In this document: piece by piece, positions 54,482 through 64,000 of the stretch
Position numbering within the stretch: the stretch's first letter is position 1
How the letters are laid out: each line of letters opens with the position of its first letter
From: Eledone cirrhosa
Lineage: Eukaryota
Assembly: GCA_964016885.1 (NCBI GenBank)
Contig: OZ024751.1
Location: 14,632,001-14,696,000 of the forward strand
DNA: 64,000 bases
Direction: 5' to 3'
Position numbers and translations under genes: made by a program
The notes under the pieces: model-generated
What the model was told of the DNA's origin: nothing
The model's input: the letters and a program-made list of their open reading frames with translations, nothing else
Databases searched by the model: none

Positions 54482-54585
<104 letters not shown>

Positions 54586-54832
54586 TAGATATACATTGCT
54601 ATTTTACTCTAGTACAATAGCAAAGATTAACACCCATCACTCTATATCTATCTATCTCTCTCTCTATCTACCTATCATTTCCCTAGTACAATGGATAGCC
54701 AAAGAACAACCAAGATAATATATATATATATATATGTATATACACACACAGGGTGTCTTCCAAAAAAGTAAAGACTATTCTAATAAATATTGCCTGTACA
54801 GGTAATCAACATGTGTATATATTTTGTGGGAC

Positions 54833-55001
<169 letters not shown>

Positions 55002-55340
55002 TTCATTTTCATTTCATTTTACGTCCGCTTTTTCCCTGCTTGCAAGGGTGGGACGGGAACTGATTCTGGCTTGATTTCTACAGCTGGATGCCCTTCCTAA
55101 CACCAACCTCATTTAGAGTGAGTGCTGGGTGCTTTTTTGCCGTGGCACCTCCACGTCCACTTTACAGTGGAATGATATGGACCCCAGTCCCTATCATCTC
55201 ATTACTACAGCTGAGTAAACTGGAGCAATGTGAAATATAGTGTCTTGCTCAAGGAAACAACACATCACCCGGTCGGAGAAATGAACTCACAACCTTTTGA
55301 TTGCAAGGCCAATGCTCTAACCACTAAGCCATGTGCCTCC
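55002..55340 (-). mobile_element. SINE S1, full length
   Basis: Same family; lies between (GT)n and (TA)n. Confidence 0.9.
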
Positions 55341-55437
<97 letters not shown>

Positions 55438-55505
55438 CATATATATATATACCCATGCTAGCGTGGAAGATAGGCGTTAAACAATGATGATGATGATGAT
55501 GATAT

Positions 55506-56070
55506 TATGTCGGGTCACTCTTGAGTGCTACTGGTAACATGTAAACCAGTACAACCTGTCGCATGGTCGGTGAGGAGGGTGATTTTGGACACCTTGCAGG
55601 ACAAAAAACAAAACCTGACAAAGGGTGGAAGAATTCATAAGAGTCAACGGCCATCCAAAACTGTAAATAAGTATATACATGTGTATATATGTATGTATAT
55701 GTGTATATACATGGGTGCATGTGTATGTATATGCGCGGGGACATAGAAATAGTCAGGCAGGACACCCGATCGCGCAGTTAAACTGGGAGTGAAGGACCTT
55801 TGTCAGGGCATTCTTCCAGGAGAAGGCAACTCAGGAAGCTCCGATATAAAACCTGCAGCTCAGTAGTTACTGATGATGCTTATCTTTTTTTCTTTTCTGG
55901 TTATAGCTACTGTCTGCCGCTCAGAGAGTGGGATTGGCTCAGTGCACAGTCTTTCCTCACTTTAAAAAATATCTTCACACACAGGTATTGCACGATAGAA
56001 TTAATTTATAATTATTAAAAATTGTATATCGGGCAATGGCCATACTCGATAACGAGGGGGGAAGCCATCA
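55506..56070 (+). mobile_element. Unclassified dispersed repeat; inverted second copy at 62986-63503
   Basis: Long colinear match on opposite strands (caggacaaaaaacaaaacctgacaaaggg..cgcgcagttaaac..ggattggctcagtgcacagtcttt..ggccatactcgataa). Confidence 0.75.
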
Positions 56071-56734
56071 TATATCTATATATATATATATAGCCCAACA
56101 TGTCTGCCAAACAACATCAGCCAAGATTAACAACACCACTATCTATTTATCTATCAATCTAACTATCTCACTACCCCTCTCTCTCTCTAACTATCTCTAT
56201 CTACCTCTCTCTATCCCAACAGCTCTGCCAAACAACAGCAGCAGCAGCAGCAGCAGTCACAACTCTAATATAGCACTTGCATGGCCATTTATCAATAAGA
56301 CAGCAAGCAGCCATCAACAGCAGCACCACCAGACCATCAAAGGCACCACAGTAACCATCAGCAGCAGTGGTGATGGTGGTGGCTGTATGGGAAGAAGGGG
56401 GGGGGGGGTATTTTGGATGAACTATGATTACTGAATGAGTTCTACAAAATTATTATTATATGTGTGTGTGTGTGTGTGTGTGTTTATCATCAACAACATC
56501 AGTCCATGTTCCATGCTGGAATGGAAGGATTTGGACAGGATAATAATGGTTTGAGGAAATTTTAGTCACCACTTTCAACACACAGGGATGGACACGGTGT
56601 AATTATTCTAAAAAAAAAAAAAAAAAAACAGATACATACACCTTTGAAAATAGCAGGACACCAGGAGTCTCAACAGCAACCCGGGTGAAAAGGAAGCAGT
56701 GATCTCAAGATGGCCGCAGCCAACAAGTTTTTCT

Positions 56735-57603
56735 TACGAGGATCAGCTAAAAAGTTCACTATGAAGGAGTGATGCTAGAGCTGTGAAATCTTGCATGCAT
56801 TAATTTCAACTCTTCTTAATAATGATAAATGCATTGTTTCTTTCCAGGGATTATGTTGAAAAATAAACCCTGTTTGGTCATTCCATGAGAGTATCTTGGT
56901 CAGCCTATGAAGGAGTGATGCTAGAGCTGTGAAATCTTGCATGCATTAATTTCAACTCTTCTTAATAATGATAAATGCATTGTTTCTTTCCAGGGATTAT
57001 GTTGAAAAATAAACCCTGTTTGGTCATTCCATGAGAGTATCTTGGTCAGCCTATGAAGGAGTGATGCTAGAGCTGTGAAATCTTGCATGCATTAATTTCA
57101 ACTCTTCTTAATAATGATAAATGCATTGTTTCTTTCCAGGGATTATGTTGAAAAATAAACCCTGTTTGGTCATTCCATGAGAGTATCTTGGTCAGCCTAT
57201 GAAGGAGTGATGCTAGAGCTGTGAAATCTTGCATGCATTAATTTCAACTCTTCTTAATAATGATAAATGCATTGTTTCTTTCCAGGGATTATGTTGAAAA
57301 ATAAACCCTGTTTGGTCATTCCATGAGAGTATCTTGGTCAGCCTATGAAGGAGTGATGCTAGAGCTGTGAAATCTTGCATGCATTAATTTCAACTCTTCT
57401 TACTAAGAGAGTAGCTTGGTCAGCCTATGAACATTTCAACCTATGAAGGAGTGATGCTAGAGCTGTGAAATCTTGTATGCATTCATTTCAACATAATAAC
57501 AGTATTGTTTCTTTCCAGGGACTATGTTAAAAAAATAAACCTCATTTGGTCATTCCATGAGAGTATCTTAGTCAGCTTATGAACTCTTCAGTCAACCATC
57601 ATA
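56735..57603. mobile_element. Mariner-like MITE with internal 146-bp tandem array
   Basis: Left end TACGAGGATCAGCTAAAAAGTTCA and right end tgaactcttcagtcaaccatcata form imperfect inverted repeats; units start at 56761, 56907, 57053, 57199 and 57345. Confidence 0.65.
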
Positions 57604-57997
57604 TATTTCATGGTTTGATCAATCAACAGGTTTTATATTTCATGATTTGAACCAATCTATTTCAATCACAACTTCTATAAAACAAACTTAATTTCATTCA
57701 ATAATTAATACACAAGCCAATTAGAAATATGAGTAGAGTTCTAATTAATCCAAATTAATCCTAGAGCTGGGGACAGTATTAACAAAAGTGGTTAGAATTT
57801 CAAAATGTCACAAGATTTTAATTTGATTTCCTTCAGAAATTCATTAAATATTCTTCAACTCACCATTACCAATAATTTCACTGATTCACACATAAACACA
57901 GAAAATTCTGTCATACAATCTAACGCTTAAGTAAATTTAAGTGTGAGTCAGTCGACCTTAAAGTCTGTGTGTGAGATATGTATTTACTATTAACTGT

Positions 57998-58191
57998 TTA
58001 ACCCTTTACTCTACAAATACTATTGTATTTTCGCAGTAAAGGCTTTATCTCACATAATATCGAATCTATGAGATTTTGATATTATATATTTTGAGAACAG
58101 TACCTTAACATTAGTATAAGTGGCCAGTTTGAACAGAAAGAGGTGAGAGAATTCCGGCTGGGTACGGCTGGTTTAACTGCTAAAGGGTTAA
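57998..58191. mobile_element. piggyBac-like MITE
   Basis: ttaacccttta..tgctaaagggttaa. Confidence 0.85.
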
Positions 58192-58196
58192 GGGTT

Positions 58197-58440
58197 AGTC
58201 TGCATCATGGTCCTAGTGGACAGGATAGAGAAGACATTTGACCCAGAGGATGGCAGTCAGTCTACATTGTGGTCCTGGTGGACAGGATAGAGAAGACATT
58301 GACCCAGGGGATGGTGAGTCAGTCTACATTGTGGTCCTGGTGGACAGGATAGAGAAGACATTGACCCAGGGGATGGTGAGTCAGTCTACATTGTGGTCCT
58401 AGTGGACAGGATAGAGAAGACATTCAACTAGAGGATGGCA
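58197..58440. repeat. 62-bp tandem repeat x4
   Basis: gtctacattgtggtcctggtggacaggatagagaagacattgacccaggggatggtgagtca. Confidence 0.92.
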
Positions 58441-59016
58441 AGGGAGATGTACTGGACTAGCCAGTGCACATTGTGGGGTTCACGGAAATTTTAAACAACT
58501 TCTAGAAAGTTTTTGGTTCAGTTTTTACACCCTTTTCTACATTTCAACATATGTAGGGTTGTTATTTTTTCCAACACAAGTCATCACCATCGGCATTGTT
58601 TTTATATCATTTTTTCTGTGTTGGCAGAGGTTGGCTGAGATTTCTTGTAAAGGCGGCAATTTACAAGTTCCTCACATCAAATACTTAATTTTTTAAAAAA
58701 AATTATTTGTAGGAAAGGTACTGATGTTGAAATGTTAAACCAATTAGCTGTGGGACAATCGTTTATGCAGGACAATGAACTTCACCAGCTGCTAGATAGT
58801 GTTAATATGAAGTGAATAAACACAGAAAAACAAACACACATTATATATATAAATATAAACCCATGCTAGTGTGGAAGATGATGATGATATATATAAAAAT
58901 AACAGATTAAAGTTTAAGCAAAGAATCACTGCTTTCACCCTTAACGGGATCTTCTGAAATCTTTCGAGCCCTCTTTGGATTTTAGTGTTCACATTTATTA
59001 TTATTACTATATATAT

Positions 59017-59099
<83 letters not shown>

Positions 59100-59169
59100 T
59101 GAGTCCTGGGTTCAATCGGGGACAACCACAGTTAATGAAGTAGTCCTGTAGAAGCCAATTCTATATTAA

Positions 59170-59204
<35 letters not shown>

Positions 59205-59332
59205 AGAGAGTTAAACAAGATTCGATGAGTACATCAAAGAATGAGTTTTACAGTAGATTGAGAGATATTTTCCAGAGTTATTAATATTAAATTCAAATAT
59301 TAATAAAATAGATGTTCTTGTGATCAATTAAA

Positions 59333-59396
59333 TTTTATTATACATATTTCTGAGGTACTTGAATCAAGTTAAATAGTACGTCCTCATCAGATAAAA
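59333..59396 (-). ncRNA. Hammerhead ribozyme, family A variant (left arm of inverted pair)
   Basis: Reverse complement: ttttat-CTGATGA-ggacgtact..agtacctca-GAAA-tatgta-TA-ataaaa. Confidence 0.78.
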
Positions 59397-59473
59397 TAAA
59401 ATGATACATGACATACCCTGACATGTTAAATAAACATGTCAGGGTATGTCAGAGTATGCCATGTATCATTTTA

Positions 59474-59537
59474 TTTTATCTGATGAGGACGTACTATTTA
59501 ACTTGATTCAAGTACCTCTGAAATAAGTATAATAAAA
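59474..59537 (+). ncRNA. Hammerhead ribozyme, family A variant (right arm of inverted pair)
   Basis: ttttat-CTGATGA-ggacgtact..agtacctct-GAAA-taagta-TA-ataaaa. Confidence 0.8.
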
Positions 59538-59578
59538 TTTAATTGATCACCAGAACATCTATTTTATTAATATTTGAA

Positions 59579-59625
<47 letters not shown>

Positions 59626-59777
59626 GGTTTGTTGGTTTACCACTGGATAGAATTGGACATTCCGTATGCTCAATCTCGATGTAATATTATGGAGAGTACT
59701 CAACGTAATGCAGTTCACCCGTCTTCATTTGTGTAGTTGATGGTGCGTGTACGAGTTAATTATTATAAGCTTCCTGT

Positions 59778-59818
<41 letters not shown>

Positions 59819-59819
59819 G

Positions 59820-59980
59820 ATGGGCTTCCTTACAGTTTCTGTTTACCAGACTTCATTGACAGTCCAAGACTATAATGGTAGGAAATACTTGCCTAAGATA
59901 CCACACACTGGAATCAAACCTGAAACCATGTGGATGTGAAACAAAACGTCTCAACTCAACCACAAATGCACACAGCCATT
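59820..59980 (-). mobile_element. Older CORE-type SINE (related fragment at about 4005-4095)
   Basis: acttgcctaag / acttgctcaag CORE-like segment and B-box-like ggtttgattcc on the reverse strand. Confidence 0.55.
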
Positions 59981-60638
59981 GAGTAAATAGCTGAGTAAAT
60001 ATTGTTACAGCTGGTTGACCTTTCTAAATACAACCCATTCAACCATAAATAGGACACAAGAAAAGAAAAGAGAGTGGCATATTCTTCTTTTTTGTGTGTG
60101 GGGGTGGGGGTAAGAGAGAAGAGGGGGTTAATTTTGGGGGTGGGAGAGGGGGGAGGGTCAACTAGCAGGACTGAAGGTAAATAAAATAATAAATATGACT
60201 GAGGAGATACAAGACAAAGGGTTTATTTAGAACTCATTACAAAATAGTCAATAATAAAGCACTTTAAACCTTTCAGCCATTTTAGAAACTCAGCTATTCA
60301 GATGGAAATATTTTGTAAAGAAATCACTGGAGTTGCATCATCACAGCATTCTGCTGGAAGCTGCACTTTCTACTGGAAGCTGTAGTCGGAATCAAATTAG
60401 CAATATTGACCAAAGACAGTGTTTTATCACTTCACTACACAATTACAGTTCAATATTCACCAGTGACAGCCTATACTCACTTCGCTACACAAAATGATGC
60501 CTGATTTCACACAATTCAATTGTTACATCCGCCATCACAGCACAGTTAAGGTGCCGAGACATACACACATACACACACAAACACATACATAGAGAGGAGT
60601 GCATGCATGTGCACACACACACATACATATATACATAC

Positions 60639-60696
<58 letters not shown>

Positions 60697-60885
60697 TACA
60701 GCAATACACAAAACCAGGCTACTGAAAATACATTCCCAGAATGATCTTTGTGGTATAGATTTATTTTACATCTCTTTCTCTAACTTGTAAATCTTATTAA
60801 ACAAAAACAAAGACTAGATAGATAGATAGACAGAGAAATACAGAGTGGTGTGTATGGATATATATATATACATATCACCATTCAA

Positions 60886-61219
60886 CATCATTTCATTTTA
60901 CGTCCGCTTTTTCCCTGCTTGCAAGGGTGGGACGGGAACTGATTCTGGCTTGATTTCTACAGCTGGATGCCCTTCCTAACACCAACCTCATTTACAGTGA
61001 GTGCTGGGTGCTTTTTTGCCGTGGCACCTCCACGACCACTTTGCAGTGGAATGATAGGGACCCCAGTCCCTATCATCTCATTTCTACAGCTGAGTAAACT
61101 GGAGCAATGTGAAATAAAGTGTCTTGCTCAAGGAAACAACACATCACTCGGTCTGAGAATTGAACTCACAACCTTTCGATTGCAAGACCAATGCTCTAAC
61201 CACTAAGCCATGTGCCTCC
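60886..61219 (-). mobile_element. SINE S1, full length
   Basis: Same family. Confidence 0.9.
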
Positions 61220-61398
61220 ATATATATATATATATATTCCACACTGTAAACGTGGTTGGTGTTAGGAAGGGCATCCAGCCGTAGAAAACCCACCAGACAG
61301 TCCTATACGAGCAACACAACCAATCTTGCCCCAAGTGGGGAAAATTCTCGCCCAAACCCATGCAAGCGTGGAAGATGGACGTTAAACGATGATGATGA

Positions 61399-61437
<39 letters not shown>

Positions 61438-61549
61438 CACACAGACATACGAGTCCCGGGTATATACTTTTTAGAAGGAGAGAGAGAGAAAGTCAGATGG
61501 ACAGACATATATATATGTGTATATATATACAGGCAGGATGTTCCAAAAA

Positions 61550-61615
<66 letters not shown>

Positions 61616-61697
61616 CGAGAGAGACCGACAGACACAGAGAGAAAAACAGAGATAGGGAGGAGAAAGAGATAGAAAAAGAGAAGCTAGATAGACACAC

Positions 61698-61792
<95 letters not shown>

Positions 61793-61796
61793 AGCC

Positions 61797-61834
<38 letters not shown>

Positions 61835-61869
61835 GCTATATATATATATATAGAGAGAGAGAGAGAAGC

Positions 61870-61900
<31 letters not shown>

Positions 61901-62296
61901 AGCCATATATATATATATATATACACATAGAGAGAAGGGGGAGCTGCTCAGTTTTATAGGTTACTGAACAAATAACTATGATGTAGCTAGAAATAAACAA
62001 GAAGTGTGAATTTCTCATTGAAAAACACTGATTGGTCTTTGTGTATATCAGTTAATGATTGGAGATATATATTGACTGGGAGTCAAAACTATACACCCAC
62101 CTATTGTATAGGAAGACATGAATATTATACATACATACATATATACATATATATATATATACACATATACCAATATATACACACACACACACTAATATAT
62201 ACATATATATATATATATATATACACTAATATATACATATATATATAGACATACACTAATATATACATACATATATATATAGACATACACTAATAT

Positions 62297-62329
<33 letters not shown>

Positions 62330-62595
62330 CATACATAATATATTTATACATAAATACACTAATATATACATATATATATATTTATATACATACATGATAT
62401 ATATATACATACACTAATATATACATACATACATACACTAATATATACATACACCAATTTATATACATACATACACTAATAAATATGCATACATATATAT
62501 ATATACATACACTAATATATACACACACACATATACATACACTAATATATACACACACACATATACATACATACTTTTATACACACACTTATATA

Positions 62596-62850
62596 CAGGG
62601 TGTCCCCAAAAAGTGTGTACAAACTTCAAAAGCATATTAATTAATTGTTTCTACTTTTGGCACAAGGGCAGTAATTATCCCAGTACATTACTGGTACTTT
62701 ATTTTATCGACCTCGTATGGATGAAAGGCAAAGTTAAACTTGGCACGATTTGAACTCAGATCATAAAGGGCAAAGCATGGTGTCCGACTCTCTACCATTG
62801 CCTATACAAGTAACATACAGTGTGTATATATTTTTTAGGGACACACCCTA
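62596..62850. mobile_element. Tc1/mariner-type MITE interrupted by SINE S2 (62644-62797, minus strand)
   Basis: cagggtgtccccaaaaagtg..[S2]..attgcctatacaagtaa..gggacacaccc. Confidence 0.75.
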
Positions 62851-63033
62851 TATATATAGGTGTGTGAATAGTTCCGAACTATTGAGCCCTCTGCCACACA
62901 TGTCGGATATTGTTTATCGTGATTTTGTGGGCCGATATTCCGATTCTCGATCATTCTACTGTATATATATATATACATATATATATGATGGCTGCCCCCT
63001 CATTATCGAGTATGGCCATTGCACGATATACCA

Positions 63034-63148
63034 TTCAAATCCCGCCGAGGTTAACTTTGCCTTTCATCCTTCCGGGGTCGATAAAATAAAGTACCAGTAA
63101 TACACTGGGTTATTTGCTAGCCTTGTGCCAAAAGTAGAAACAATTATT
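63034..63148 (+). mobile_element. SINE S2, 5'-truncated (only + strand copy seen)
   Basis: ttcaaatcccgccgaggttaactttgcctttcatccttccggggtcgataaaataaagtaccag. Confidence 0.85.
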
Positions 63149-63509
63149 AATAAATGCTATCGTGCAATGCCTGTGCGTGAAGATTTTTTTTAAAGTGAAG
63201 AAAGACTGTGCACTGAGCCAATCCCACTCTCTGAGCGACAGTAGCTGTAATCCGAAAAGAAGAAAAGATCAACATCATCGGTAACTACTGAGCCGTAGGT
63301 TTTATATCGGAGTTATCCCAGTTTCCTGAGTTGCCTTCTCCTAGAGGAATGCCCTGACAAATGCTAGAGGTCCTTCACTCCCAGTGGTTTAACTGCGCGG
63401 GACATGTGTATATACATGTTTACATACTTTCGGATGGCAGTTGACTCTTATGAGTCCTTCCGCCCTTTGTCAGGTTTTGTTTTTTGTCCTGCAGGGTGTC
63501 CAATCCCAC

Positions 63510-63548
<39 letters not shown>

Positions 63549-63710
63549 CACACAATGTTTGTTATATAGAAATACCAATAGGATTAAACAATAGACTGTA
63601 CAGTTCATTGTATGAAATATTTAGGTCTGGACATGTTTACTTTATATGAGAAACACACATGCAATATATGTGAATTTGTATATAACTATATATACATATA
63701 TATATATATA

Positions 63711-63897
63711 AAAAGTATGACCCCGACGGCAGAGCTCAAGACGTTTCGACGGCTATTTCTGGAAATAGCCGTCGAAACGGCTCGAGCCCAGCCGTCAGGG
63801 TCATACTTTTTACTATTACCCACTCTACTACCCTAAGTATTGAGTACTCTGGTGCATTATGGTCCATCTGGTTCCTTACCACAATTCCTTCGTTATA
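63711..63897. mobile_element. Family E fold-back element
   Basis: Palindrome 63711-63810 centred on gacggctatttc-tg-gaaatagccgtc, then a + strand tail. Confidence 0.65.
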
Positions 63898-64000
63898 TCT
63901 ATTTATATATATATATGAAGTATTTCCGTCGGAAAGGTACAGGAAAAAAGAGTGCTCTATGTAGGCTGCAGAGCTTAATAGTTATGTAATATTGAAATAA

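Noticed and set aside
56761-57345. 146-bp repeat unit equal to nucleosome core length
   Set aside because: The unit length is set by microhomology within the parent MITE; probably coincidence.
58921-58963. Hammerhead-like motif on minus strand (CAGAAGA-tccc-gttaa-gggt-GAAA)
   Set aside because: U4 is mutated and there is no valid UH triplet; at best a decayed copy. Likewise 45745-45820 (-) and the truncated 34425-34460 (+).

Overview
Very AT-rich, repeat-saturated eukaryotic DNA. The SINE types and extreme (TA)n/(CA)n density suggest an octopod cephalopod, which is an inference. I cannot support any intact protein-coding gene: the ORF track mostly reflects microsatellites and minisatellites, plus short C-terminal remnants of CR1-group and RTE LINEs. 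Interspersed repeats include a young tRNA-head/CORE-type SINE (7 copies), a Deu/Nin-domain SINE (about 17 pieces), RTE-type 3' tails, piggyBac-like and Tc1/mariner-like MITEs, and minisatellites that arose from the interior of these elements. The main hidden signal is about 18 type-I hammerhead ribozyme (HHR) motifs with complete catalytic cores, plus several half or degenerate ones. They fall into at least 7 sequence-unrelated families. They sit in short non-coding units flanked by (TA)n and are often arranged as divergent fold-back pairs, resembling Penelope-like element (PLE) terminal repeats. Families A, B and C share a C.C mismatch in stem II, and most families have a downstream TYGAGTRC motif. 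One motif carries a compensatory U3-A8 core variant. All coordinates and pairings were read by eye, so boundaries are approximate and activity is untested.
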